A DNA stretch of 64,000 nucleotides from an uncultured Candidatus Actinomarina sp. (lineage in GTDB: Bacteria > Actinomycetota > Acidimicrobiia > Actinomarinales > Actinomarinaceae), in the NCBI GenBank assembly GCA_902634185.1, contig CACPJC010000002.1:128001-192000 (forward strand). Direction: 5' to 3'. The position numbers were made by a program, and so were the translations under genes. Below the pieces are notes generated by a model. That model ran no database searches, was not told where the DNA came from, and saw only the letters and a program-made list of their open reading frames with translations. This document shows positions 17,975 to 27,782 of the stretch, piece by piece. The number at the start of each line of letters is the position of its first letter. The stretch's first letter is position 1.

Positions 17975-20500
17975 ATGGCAGCAAAGAAAACAGCAGCAAA
18001 GAAAACAGCAGCAAAGAAACCAGCAGCAAAGAAAACAGCAGCAAAGAAATCGAAAACCGCTACTGCTACAAAGAAAAAACCAACAATTAAATCTGATACA
18101 CTAAACGGTTCAATTGCTGTTGAAGATGAAATATCTAAGTCATTCTTAGATTATGCTATGTCGGTTATTGTTTCCAGAGCTCTTCCAGATGTAAAGGACG
18201 GATTAAAACCAGTACAAAGAAGAATTTTATATTCAATGTATGAAACAGGAATTAGACCAACAGGACCTTTCAGAAAGTGTTCAAAGGTTGTAGGTGATGT
18301 TATGGGTAACTATCATCCACATGGAAACGACGCTATATACGGAACCTTAGTAAGATTGGGACAAAATTTTAGTACTAGATACCCCCTGATTGAACCACAG
18401 GGTAACTTTGGAACCCCCGACGACCCACCTGCTGCTATGAGATATACAGAGTCTAGAATGTCTTCCCTGTCTTCACAGCTATTAGATGGGATTGACGAAG
18501 AGACAGTAGACTTTGAGCCTAATTATTCCGGAGAGACAAGCGAACCAAAAGTATTACCTGGAAGATTTCCAAACCTTTTAATTAATGGAGCTGAGGGTAT
18601 CGCAGTTGCTATGGCAACAAATATGCCACCCTACAACCTGAAAGAGATTACAGAGGCAGTTAAATTTACATTAAAAACAAAAGACCCCAAACCACGAGAT
18701 TATTTAAAAATAATAAAAGGTCCAGATTTTCCTACAGGAGGATTAATTGTAGATACCCCCACGATAAAAGAAGCAATACTTAAAGGTAGAGGGTCTATAA
18801 AACTTCGAGCTGTTGCAGACATAGAAGAATTAGGAAAAGGTAGATCTGCAATTATTGTTAAAGAGCTTCCGTATCAGGCTTCAATTGACAGAATTATGGA
18901 AAAAATAGCATCTTTGGTTCAGGACAAAAAATTAACCGGAGTCTCAGACTTAAGGAATGAAAGTAGTGACAGAAACGGAACCAGACTCGTTGTTGAGTTA
19001 AAGAGAGACGCCGTACCACAAGTTGTGTTAAATGATCTTTTTAAATTTACACAACTTCAAGATACTTTTTCAGTTAATTCAGTAGCCCTTGTTGAAGGAG
19101 TGCCTAAAGTACTATCGGTTCCCGAACTTATTAGATACTACATTGATCATCAAATAGATGTAATTCAAAGAAGATCTAAATACAGACTTGAAAAGGCAAA
19201 AGCACGGTTACATATCGTTGATGGCTTATTGCTTGCATTGAATAAAATCGATCAAATAATAAAAGTCATTAAATCTTCCAAAGATGTGGAGGTAGCAAGA
19301 AAATCACTGATGAGTAAATTTAAATTATCAGAAATTCAGGCAACACACATCCTTGATATGCCCCTAAGAAGGTTAACTGCATTGGAAAAAGAAAAGCTCG
19401 AAGATGAAAAGAAAGAACTCAAAGAAACAATTAAAGACCTTACAGCAATATTAAAAAGTAGAGCGAAACAAAATCAAATACTTATTGAAGAGCTTGATGC
19501 AATAACAGACAAGTTTGGTGATGAAAGAAGATCCAGAATTGTTCCAGATGTTGGCGAGGTAAAAATTGAAGATTTAATTGAAGACGAGGAAATTATTGTT
19601 TCCATCTCATCTGAAGGTTATATAAAATCAGTTCCTTCAACCTCCTATAAAAAACAAGGTAGAGGAGGCAAGGGTGTTAAAGCAGCTTCTTCAGAGGAAG
19701 ACGTAATTGAGCACCTCCTTTCAACATCTGTTCACTCTTATTTACTTTTCTTTACAGACAACGGAAAAGTATACAGAGCCAAGGCACATGAAATTCCAAA
19801 AACAAATAGGACTGCAAAAGGATCTTTAATTCACAATGTACTTTCAATGGGACAAGATGAAAAAGTTCAGGCAATAATTGACACAAGGGACTATGAAACA
19901 GAAAAATTCTTATTAATAATGACTGAGAAAGGAACGGTAAAAAAATCAAAATTTAAAGATTTTGATTCAAACTATAAATCATTACAAGCCATAAAGCTAA
20001 AGGATGGTGACAAAGTTGTTTCTGTAAAAACAACGTCTGGGAAAGAAGACATAATACTTGTTTCCCAGAAGGGACAAGCAATAAGATTTGATGAAAACAA
20101 TCTTAAAGCCCAAGGTAGATCAGCAATGGGAGTTAGAGGAATAAAACTTCGTGAAGGGGACAAGGTTGTAGGTGCAGCAACATCCAGAGAGGAAACACTC
20201 TTATTTATTACGGCCAAAGGGTATGGAAAGCGTACAAAATTAGATGAATTCAGAAGAGCTGGAAGAGGAGGACTCGGAGTCAAGGCTCTTAAGGTTACGG
20301 AAGCCAAAGGAGATTTAATTGGCGCAGGACCCGTTGATGAAGATACAGAGGTTATGCTTATGAGTACTGGTGGAACAGCAATAAGATGTGCTGTAAAACA
20401 AATAAAACAAATGAGTAGAGTTGCTCAAGGAGTAAAGGTTATGAAGCTTTCAAAAGAAGAAGAAATATCTGCCTTTATTCCAATTAAAAATGAATCGTAA
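17975..20500 (+). CDS. gyrA: DNA gyrase subunit A with N-terminal AAKK repeat
   Basis: DGLKPVQRR, YHPHG, AAMRYTE, GyrA-box QGRGGKG. Confidence 0.97.
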   Translation: MAAKKTAAKKTAAKKPAAKKTAAKKSKTATATKKKPTIKSDTLNGSIAVEDEISKSFLDYAMSVIVSRALPDVKDGLKPVQRRILYSMYETGIRPTGPFRKCSKVVGDVMGNYHPHGNDAIYGTLVRLGQNFSTRYPLIEPQGNFGTPDDPPAAMRYTESRMSSLSSQLLDGIDEETVDFEPNYSGETSEPKVLPGRFPNLLINGAEGIAVAMATNMPPYNLKEITEAVKFTLKTKDPKPRDYLKIIKGPDFPTGGLIVDTPTIKEAILKGRGSIKLRAVADIEELGKGRSAIIVKELPYQASIDRIMEKIASLVQDKKLTGVSDLRNESSDRNGTRLVVELKRDAVPQVVLNDLFKFTQLQDTFSVNSVALVEGVPKVLSVPELIRYYIDHQIDVIQRRSKYRLEKAKARLHIVDGLLLALNKIDQIIKVIKSSKDVEVARKSLMSKFKLSEIQATHILDMPLRRLTALEKEKLEDEKKELKETIKDLTAILKSRAKQNQILIEELDAITDKFGDERRSRIVPDVGEVKIEDLIEDEEIIVSISSEGYIKSVPSTSYKKQGRGGKGVKAASSEEDVIEHLLSTSVHSYLLFFTDNGKVYRAKAHEIPKTNRTAKGSLIHNVLSMGQDEKVQAIIDTRDYETEKFLLIMTEKGTVKKSKFKDFDSNYKSLQAIKLKDGDKVVSVKTTSGKEDIILVSQKGQAIRFDENNLKAQGRSAMGVRGIKLREGDKVVGAATSREETLLFITAKGYGKRTKLDEFRRAGRGGLGVKALKVTEAKGDLIGAGPVDEDTEVMLMSTGGTAIRCAVKQIKQMSRVAQGVKVMKLSKEEEISAFIPIKNES
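17978..18052 (+). repeat. 15-bp coding tandem repeat x5
   Basis: GCAGCAAAGAAA(ACA/ACA/CCA/ACA/TCG), encoding AAKKT/P/S. Confidence 0.95.
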
Positions 20501-21090
20501 TGGTAAGAGTAAACAGAGTTAGAAGAATTATAAGAAAGGTTGATCCTTGGACCGTCTTAAAAGTTTCTTTTGTCTTCAATTTTATTATTTCATTAACAAT
20601 TGTTCTTGGATTTTCAATTTTATGGGTTTTACTTGTAAATGCTGGGGTTCCTCAAGGACTTGAAGAAATTGCAAGAAGACTAGCACTACTAGACGACAAT
20701 GCATCTCTAGTTGGCAATGTAGAAACTTTATTTTCTAGTGTCTTATTTTTTGCAACTGTATATTTATTAACCCAAACAGCAATAGCAACTCTAGGAGCAT
20801 TCTTTTATAACCTAATTTCAGATTTGGTTGGTGGAATCGAGGTAATAGTACTAGAGGAGTCATATAACGAAACTGGCTCAAAACCTAGCGGCGATAACGC
20901 CAGGAATGAAAACACAGAAACTGCAGCAATGCCTGTTGCAAAAACGTTGGGAAAATTTAAGAGACAAAAAAACAGAAATGACGATTTTATGGTTCCAGAA
21001 ATGCCCAGACCAGATGTTCCAAGAGACATTGAGGAAGAAACACTCACAGAAACTTTAAAAAGTTATCCTGAAAACGATACAGAACAATAA
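20500..21090 (+). CDS. DUF3566 membrane protein
   Basis: RKVDPWTVLKVS...FYNLISDLVGGIEV; follows gyrA as in Actinobacteria. Confidence 0.9.
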   Translation: MVRVNRVRRIIRKVDPWTVLKVSFVFNFIISLTIVLGFSILWVLLVNAGVPQGLEEIARRLALLDDNASLVGNVETLFSSVLFFATVYLLTQTAIATLGAFFYNLISDLVGGIEVIVLEESYNETGSKPSGDNARNENTETAAMPVAKTLGKFKRQKNRNDDFMVPEMPRPDVPRDIEEETLTETLKSYPENDTEQ

Positions 21091-21117
21091 TTTTTGCTAC
21101 ACTTAACCACTAAATAA

Positions 21118-21200
21118 ACAAAGTAACAAAGCGAAGCTAGTGAGAATCTAGCGCTGTCCCGCAACTGTGATTCGAAAGATAAGTCAGGTCGACTTTATTA
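21118..21200 (+). promoter_or_regulatory. cobalamin riboswitch (short class-II type)
   Basis: GAAGCTAG-TGAGAAT-CTAGC, CTGTCCCGCAACTGTGA, AAGTCAG; upstream of a BtuF-like gene. Confidence 0.85.
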
Positions 21201-21268
21201 CTTTTTACAACAATCCTCGAGAGAAGGAATGGAGTATCGTACTTTTTCTCGTGGTGAGAAAGGAAAAT

Positions 21269-22240
21269 ATGAAAACAAAAATACTTCTTCTTGCCATGAT
21301 AATTTCAATGTGTGGAGGCACGTCTGACGAAGGTAATGAAAAAAATATTATTTCATTATCAACCACGCATACAGAAATTATTCAAATGCTTGAAGCTGAG
21401 AATCAGCTAATTGGTGTTGATTCGTTCTCAGAGACAGAACTTCCAATAAAAAAAATAGATGCCTATACAGTTACAGCAGATGAGCTTCTTTTACTCAATC
21501 CAGATATTGTAATCGTTGCTTTTGATTTTAACGGTATCGTAGAGGGATTAGAAAATTTAAATATTGAATATGCTCTTCTTCCACCTGCACAAAATTTGGA
21601 TGACGTTTATTACCAAATTGAAACCATTGGGACAATTATTAACAAAGAAAATACAGCAAGTTCTCTAGTTTTAGAAATGAAATCTGACATTGATGAAATT
21701 ATTGAAAACTCAGCAACTGAATCTATATCTGTTTATCACGAAATTGGTTACACATATGGCATATATTCAATAAATGAAAATTCTTTTTTAGGAGAAATTT
21801 ACAATATTCTTGGTGTAAGCAATATTGCAGATAAGACTGAGGACCCGTACGGATCTGGTTACCCACTTCTTGAAGAAGAACAGGTCTTAAATGCAAACCC
21901 TGATCTAATTGTAATTGGACACTCTGACTTTTTGAATAAAGACATCTCAACAAGACAAGGCTGGGATGGTCTTAATGCCGTATCAAATGAGAATGTTTAT
22001 TTCCTCGATGAAAACTTAGCAAATAATTGGGGTGTAAATACTGTTGATTTGATAAATACATTATCTGAAATAACAAAATTTAATGAAGATCCTGGTTTAG
22101 TTTATAAAGCAAAATATTTAGAAAGTGATCTTGGCAGCTCAGACAGTACTCAAAACATCATCATTGCAACAATAATTGTGATAATCTTGACAGCGTACAT
22201 ACTTATTACGAGAAGGAATAAGAGTAAAGTACAAAGTTAA
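21269..22240 (+). CDS. BtuF-like cobalamin-binding lipoprotein with C-terminal TM helix
   Basis: IISLSTTHTEII, LNPDIV, NPDLIV; SD AAAGGA before ATG 21269; riboswitch upstream. Confidence 0.8.
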   Translation: MKTKILLLAMIISMCGGTSDEGNEKNIISLSTTHTEIIQMLEAENQLIGVDSFSETELPIKKIDAYTVTADELLLLNPDIVIVAFDFNGIVEGLENLNIEYALLPPAQNLDDVYYQIETIGTIINKENTASSLVLEMKSDIDEIIENSATESISVYHEIGYTYGIYSINENSFLGEIYNILGVSNIADKTEDPYGSGYPLLEEEQVLNANPDLIVIGHSDFLNKDISTRQGWDGLNAVSNENVYFLDENLANNWGVNTVDLINTLSEITKFNEDPGLVYKAKYLESDLGSSDSTQNIIIATIIVIILTAYILITRRNKSKVQS

Positions 22241-22254
22241 GGAGATAAATTACT

Positions 22255-23163
22255 ATGAAGGGTTATTCTAATGAGCTTTACATACTTGCATTTGACCACA
22301 GAGGAACTCTAACAAAAGGTCTTTTAGGCGTAGAAGGAAGACCGCCTAACGAGGAAGAAGCATCAAGAGTGTCTTCAATGAAAGATATTATTTTTGATGG
22401 ATTTATAGAAGCTAAAGAAACAGGTATTGGGACAGGTGAACCCGCAATACTTGTTGACGAGACTTTCGGATTACAAGTGCAACAAAAAGCAAAAGAAATG
22501 GGTGTTAAGTTCGCAGCCCCTGTTGAAAAATCAGGTCAAAAAGTATTTGATTTTGAGTATGGTGATGAATTTGGAGAAAAGATAAAAGAAGTTAATGCTG
22601 ATTTTGTAAAAATTTTAGTCAGATGGAACCCAAATGATGATGAAGAAACTAGAGAAGTTCAAGGCAAAAGAATAAAAACATTATCTGATTGGCTTGAAGA
22701 AAATGAAAGAAAATTTTTGCTGGAATTTTTAGTCCCTGCGACTGAAGAGCAATTGTCGAGTGTAGATGGAGATCAATCAAGATACGATTCAGAAATAAGA
22801 CCTAAATTAGCAGTTCAGGTTGTTGAGGAGATGAGAGAAAAAGGGGCAGACCCTGACATTTGGAAGATAGAAGGATTAGACACAAAAGAAGATTGTAAAA
22901 AAGTCTCTTCTGCAATCAAAGATGGTGGCAGAGATGATGTAATAGCCGTTGTTCTAGGTAGAGGTGCAAATGACGAAAAAGTTAACGAGTGGCTGAGGGC
23001 TGGATCATCTGTTGATGGATATAGTGGCTTTGCGATAGGTAGGTCTATATTTTGGAACTCGCTAAAAGGATGGCATGAAAATGAAAAGCCAAGAGAAGAA
23101 GCCGTATCAGAAATAGCCAATTCATATTTAAATTTTATCTCTGTATATCAAAACGGGAGCTAA
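22255..23163 (+). CDS. standalone DUF2090 class I aldolase-like protein
   Basis: LAFDHRG, FLLEFL, PDIWKIEG, VLGRGA, GFAIGRSIF. Confidence 0.82.
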   Translation: MKGYSNELYILAFDHRGTLTKGLLGVEGRPPNEEEASRVSSMKDIIFDGFIEAKETGIGTGEPAILVDETFGLQVQQKAKEMGVKFAAPVEKSGQKVFDFEYGDEFGEKIKEVNADFVKILVRWNPNDDEETREVQGKRIKTLSDWLEENERKFLLEFLVPATEEQLSSVDGDQSRYDSEIRPKLAVQVVEEMREKGADPDIWKIEGLDTKEDCKKVSSAIKDGGRDDVIAVVLGRGANDEKVNEWLRAGSSVDGYSGFAIGRSIFWNSLKGWHENEKPREEAVSEIANSYLNFISVYQNGS

Positions 23164-23166
23164 GAA

Positions 23167-24369
23167 ATGCCTGTTGGCAAAGCGGTAATCGGTCAATCAG
23201 GTGGTCCGACAGCTGTAATTAACAAGTCACTAGTTGGTTTCATAAAAGAGGCTATTAATCAGGAATATGATGAAATACTTGGAGCAAGACACGGACTGGA
23301 GGGGATATTAAAGGAGGATTTTGTTGATTTATCTAAACTTTCAGAGTCTCAACTTTATGGAATATCAAAAACACCTGCAGCTGCTTTAGGCTCAGTAAGA
23401 AAAAAACCAACGGAGAATGATATTGAGAAATTAGTTTCAATCTTTGAGAAACAAAACATAAGATATTTTTTCTACATCGGTGGAAATGATTCTGCAGAAA
23501 CTGCAAATCTTGTATATGAGGGTGCAAAAAAAATAGGATTTGAAATTAAAGCTTTTCATGTTCCTAAAACTATAGATAATGACCTCTTGGAAACGGATCA
23601 TTGTCCAGGTTATGGTTCAGCAGCCCGATTTGTTGCACATGCATTTCAAGGAGATGATGCTGACAACAGGAGCCTTAGAGGAATAAAAATCAATGTTTTA
23701 ATGGGTAGGCATGCAGGATGGCTTACCGCTGCTAGCACTTTAGGAAAATCAACTGAAGAAGACGGCCCACATTTAGTTTATGTACCTGAAAAAATATTTA
23801 ATTTAGATGAATTTTTAAAGGATGTAAAAGAAGTTTACGATTCTTTAGGAAGATGTATAGTTGCTGTATCCGAAGGCATTCACAATAAAGATGGTGAGTA
23901 CTTTCTCCAAACATACGCAAGCGAGACAGGTTCTGGACTTGCAGGAAAAAAAGATAGCCACGGAAACATCCAGCTCTCAGGTTCGGGTGCCTTAGGAGAT
24001 ACACTTACAAACATTGTCTCAGAACATATTCAAGGAGCGAGGGTAAGAGCAGATACGTTTGGCTATCTTCAGAGATCTTTTCTCGCAGACATTTCAGAAG
24101 TTGACGCTGAAGAGGCCGAGAGGGTTGGACAGCATGCAGTTGTAGCTTCAAAAGATAAAGAAAGCGGATCAATTATTCTAAGAAGACAGTTTTCAGAAAC
24201 TTATTATTGTGATGTAGATGTTGTTGAACTACATAAGGTTGCAAAACATACAAAAAATATGCCTGAAGAATATCTAGAAAAAAATAAACCGTATGTAACT
24301 AACAATTTTTTTGAATACGCAATGCCTTTAACTGGAGGTATAGAACCTAAAACACAGATATTTGTTTAA
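23167..24369 (+). CDS. pfp: PPi-dependent 6-phosphofructokinase
   Basis: QSGGPT, GGNDS and PKTIDND (Asp/Lys signature of PPi use), MGRHAG. Confidence 0.88.
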   Translation: MPVGKAVIGQSGGPTAVINKSLVGFIKEAINQEYDEILGARHGLEGILKEDFVDLSKLSESQLYGISKTPAAALGSVRKKPTENDIEKLVSIFEKQNIRYFFYIGGNDSAETANLVYEGAKKIGFEIKAFHVPKTIDNDLLETDHCPGYGSAARFVAHAFQGDDADNRSLRGIKINVLMGRHAGWLTAASTLGKSTEEDGPHLVYVPEKIFNLDEFLKDVKEVYDSLGRCIVAVSEGIHNKDGEYFLQTYASETGSGLAGKKDSHGNIQLSGSGALGDTLTNIVSEHIQGARVRADTFGYLQRSFLADISEVDAEEAERVGQHAVVASKDKESGSIILRRQFSETYYCDVDVVELHKVAKHTKNMPEEYLEKNKPYVTNNFFEYAMPLTGGIEPKTQIFV

Positions 24370-24423
24370 AGGTCAAAAAAGTTAAATTCTTGATGAGTAA
24401 ATAATTATTATTAATACATAAAC

Positions 24424-24927
24424 ATGAAAAAAATAAGCATACTTTTTTTTATTTTATTTTTTAATATCTGTAGTACCTCAGAAAATGGGGTTATTTCAAT
24501 TTCTGAAAACACAACAACAACCCAAATCATAAACGAAGAAGATTATCCATTAGTTTTAGCAAAGTGTTTAAATGAAGAAAAGGGCTATCAAATTATGACT
24601 CCATTTGATTTAGAGGATTTAAAAACAACAATAAACCAGTTAAGTCAAAGTAAGGAAGATGAATTAAAACTTGGAGAAGCTATCGATTTTTGTATTGATA
24701 AATACAGCCTATGGACGGATCGAAGCACTTTAAACCCAGAAGAACTGGCAAGTTTGTATGATGAAAATATTTCTTTGGCGAGATGTCTGAGAGAAAAAGG
24801 TCTTGATGTACCCGATCCAACACAAGATCAACCTAAAATTGACCTAAGCAACTTAGTTCAATCAAAAGATGAAATAATTACTTTATTAGACGAATGTGAG
24901 CTTGATGAAAAAACAAACAAAAAATAA
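24424..24927 (+). CDS. Cys-repeat lipoprotein, paralog 1
   Basis: Signal peptide ending FNIC; two C-x4/5-G...C repeats. Confidence 0.75.
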   Translation: MKKISILFFILFFNICSTSENGVISISENTTTTQIINEEDYPLVLAKCLNEEKGYQIMTPFDLEDLKTTINQLSQSKEDELKLGEAIDFCIDKYSLWTDRSTLNPEELASLYDENISLARCLREKGLDVPDPTQDQPKIDLSNLVQSKDEIITLLDECELDEKTNKK

Positions 24928-25504
24928 GTTCCTTGTACTATTAATTTGTTTATTAACACAGGCTTGTTCAGCTTCGAATGAGCAAAAAGGAGTCGTTTCT
25001 TCAGAGGACTTAACAATACAAACAACTATTACAACAGTAACAACTGTCCAGGACAGCCCTGAAATTGAAGATCTAACAGAAGAGGAAGCACAGCTAATAC
25101 TTGCAGGATGTTTAAGGGAAAAAGGTTATGACGTAGCTGATCCAAAAAATGATGAGGGCTTAAGAACAGTTTTAACACCAATATTTATTAGTTTCAATGA
25201 AAAACAGAGGCAGGAGTTGTTTGACAATATACAATTGTGTGCGGAGGAGAACTCTATTCCACTTGAAAGCAACAATGATTTTGAAAATCCTGCTGATGTT
25301 GCTGATAGACTTGATACTGAACTTGAGTTTGCACAGTGTCTAAGAGGTAAAGGAATAGATGTTTCTGATCCATCATCTGAGGAACCCCTAAGGCCAATAC
25401 TTATTGATCTTGTACAGTCACAAAAATATACAGCAGATCAAATTCGAGAGGCTGCTGCTGAGTGCTTTGACGATCTAGGGCTTGACCCTCCTCCTGGCGG
25501 GTAA
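24905..25504 (+). CDS. Cys-repeat lipoprotein, paralog 2
   Basis: Lipobox TQAC; repeats CLREKGYDVADP and CLRGKGIDVSDP. Confidence 0.8.
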   Translation: MKKQTKNKFLVLLICLLTQACSASNEQKGVVSSEDLTIQTTITTVTTVQDSPEIEDLTEEEAQLILAGCLREKGYDVADPKNDEGLRTVLTPIFISFNEKQRQELFDNIQLCAEENSIPLESNNDFENPADVADRLDTELEFAQCLRGKGIDVSDPSSEEPLRPILIDLVQSQKYTADQIREAAAECFDDLGLDPPPGG

Positions 25505-25528
25505 TAAAAAATACTTTATAATTCTGAT

Positions 25529-26125
25529 GTGAGAAAAAAAGTAGCATTATTCATATTATTTTTTTCTTTTTGCTCGCTATTTCAAAATGAAGAACAAGCC
25601 GTGGTATCTGTTGTCGATACAGACAAAGGAAAAGAGGCTATTGCAGCAGGTGTAGAAATTAACGAAGAGAAGGAGGAAATAGCAGATGAAGATGCTCCTC
25701 TTGTTTTAGTTCAATGCGTAAACGAAGCAGGTTATAAATTTCAAGAACCAAAAAACTTTATAGATCTATATACAACAATTTCAACTTATTTCGAGACACT
25801 TACCGAACAAGAAGCAGAAGAACTCTGGAAGTCTATTGAAGATTGTGCACTCAAATACAACTTATGGGGAGTTGCTGATGAGGCACAATTTGAAGACCCA
25901 ATCCAAACTTCAAAAGAACTAGATAGAGCTTTATTTATAGCAAATTGCTTCAGAGAAGAAGGATATGAAAAAGTACCAGACCCTAATTACTTCAATAGAG
26001 ATGTAAATCTTGATGCATATATAGACGAAAATTGGGAACTTAGAGAAGATGATCCTTTAGTTCAAACCTGGCAAGGTTGTGAGGAAAAGTTACCTGAAGA
26101 ACTGAAGGAAGAGTGGGATGATTAA
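25529..26125 (+). CDS. Cys-repeat lipoprotein, paralog 3
   Basis: Signal ending FSFC; repeats CVNEAGY and CFREEGYEKVPDP. Confidence 0.75.
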   Translation: MRKKVALFILFFSFCSLFQNEEQAVVSVVDTDKGKEAIAAGVEINEEKEEIADEDAPLVLVQCVNEAGYKFQEPKNFIDLYTTISTYFETLTEQEAEELWKSIEDCALKYNLWGVADEAQFEDPIQTSKELDRALFIANCFREEGYEKVPDPNYFNRDVNLDAYIDENWELREDDPLVQTWQGCEEKLPEELKEEWDD

Positions 26126-26195
26126 AACTTACAATAAAAACTTTGTCTTAATACCGTTAAATACAATACAATGTTTTAAGTAGAAAAATACACAT

Positions 26196-27782
26196 ATGAA
26201 GTTAAATATATTTAAAAACAGAAATTTTTATGTCTTGGTAGTTTTAATTCTTGTTGGTTCTGTAGCCTATTATTTTGGAACCCAAAATACCGAATCTTCA
26301 TCCATAAACAAAACACTACAGCTGACAACTACATCTGTAAAGCAAGGTGATCTTGAAAAGAAAGAAGAATATAACGGTACATTAAGACAAACTGACAGCA
26401 AAATACTTAATAGTCCTATGGCTGGTGTTGTAACTTTTATTCCAGATGAAGGAACTATTGTAAAATTTGGAGAGATACTCTTTGCTGTTGATAACAAACC
26501 AGTCATCCTTGTTGAAGGATCGGTTCCTTTTTATAGAACATTAGATCTTAACTCTGATCCAGGACCAGACGTATTACAGCTTGAAAAAGCTCTAGTTTAT
26601 TTAGGATATGCAGCTGATGGATTTGCTCCAGATGACACTTTTGATGAAATTACTTCACAGATGCTTAACAAGCTTTATCTTGACTACAAAATAGAAACAA
26701 AATCTGAAGTTACTCCATCTGAGCAGGTTGCTATCAATTTGAAAGAAACAGAAGTGAAGAATATTGAAGAAACCATTGACTCAGGTGGGACAACAATTGC
26801 TGAAGTAAATGATAAAAAAAAGAAACTAGACGATGCAAAAGAAGATGCTACAGAAGAGAGCGCAGCTTGGAAAGCTGCAGATACAGCAATTAAAGACGCT
26901 GAAGAGACTTTGACACTTTATAGAGATGAAACAAACCCAAAAACAAAAGAGAAAAAAGCTGATGGAACTTTAGATTCTGCAATTGAAGACTTAGAACAAA
27001 CAATAGAAGAACAAAAAAGAATTAAAGCACTAGAAAAAGGAAAAGAGTCAGGCATAGACGCAACAGAGGCACTTGCAATTGAGACAGCCCAAAAAGCTTA
27101 TAATGATGTTTTAAAAGATTACAACGAAGGAGTTGATCAGGAGGCTGAATTAGCAAAAGCAAAAGAAGAACTAGAAGAACTTAGATTAGCTTCAAAGTCA
27201 GAAACATTTAGTCCAACAAACGCCTATGCATCGGAAACAGCAATAATTGTTGGTTCTTATATAAACAAGGTTGGATCTGCTGTAGTTCTAAACTCACAAC
27301 TTTATAATATTTCTTCAGTTGGAATTGAGGTTGTTTTCCAAGTTGACGCATCAGATCAAGAGACAGTTTCAATTGGAGATAGTGTTGAGATAGAACTTCC
27401 TACAGATGAAAGAGTACCAACGGTGATTACCTTTATAGACCAAGTTGTTACTCAAACTCAAACTGGAGATTTTATTGAGGTGATTCTTGAAGTACTAAAT
27501 CCAGAAGAAATTGAAGCTTATGATCAAGCACCTGTAAAAGTATTTGTTACAACTGAAATATCCGAGAATGTGCTTTATGTACCAGTAAATGCACTAATTG
27601 CTTTAGCTGAGGGAGGTTATGCCTTAGAAATTTATGAAGGTGAAGCTGAAGGAGGAGTTTTTGAGGGTGAGTCAGGAGTTGACACTATCTATGTAGCTGT
27701 TGAAATTGGAGTCTTTACTGATGGGTTTGTAGAAATCAAGGGAAATATTACTAAAGGTCAACTTGTAGTCGTACCACGATGA
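26196..27782 (+). CDS. membrane-fusion/adaptor protein with peptidoglycan-binding domain and long coiled coil
   Basis: N-terminal TM, lipoyl-like GVVT..PDEG, GPDVLQLEKALVYLGY, C-terminal VPVNAL..GFVEIKG. Confidence 0.8.
   Translation: MKLNIFKNRNFYVLVVLILVGSVAYYFGTQNTESSSINKTLQLTTTSVKQGDLEKKEEYNGTLRQTDSKILNSPMAGVVTFIPDEGTIVKFGEILFAVDNKPVILVEGSVPFYRTLDLNSDPGPDVLQLEKALVYLGYAADGFAPDDTFDEITSQMLNKLYLDYKIETKSEVTPSEQVAINLKETEVKNIEETIDSGGTTIAEVNDKKKKLDDAKEDATEESAAWKAADTAIKDAEETLTLYRDETNPKTKEKKADGTLDSAIEDLEQTIEEQKRIKALEKGKESGIDATEALAIETAQKAYNDVLKDYNEGVDQEAELAKAKEELEELRLASKSETFSPTNAYASETAIIVGSYINKVGSAVVLNSQLYNISSVGIEVVFQVDASDQETVSIGDSVEIELPTDERVPTVITFIDQVVTQTQTGDFIEVILEVLNPEEIEAYDQAPVKVFVTTEISENVLYVPVNALIALAEGGYALEIYEGEAEGGVFEGESGVDTIYVAVEIGVFTDGFVEIKGNITKGQLVVVPR

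Noticed and set aside
17978-18052. Tandem repeat as CRISPR array
   Set aside because: 15-bp units with no spacers, in frame within gyrA; no cas genes
21167-21268. N-terminal extension of the BtuF-like ORF
   Set aside because: Overlaps the riboswitch; SD and signal peptide indicate ATG 21269
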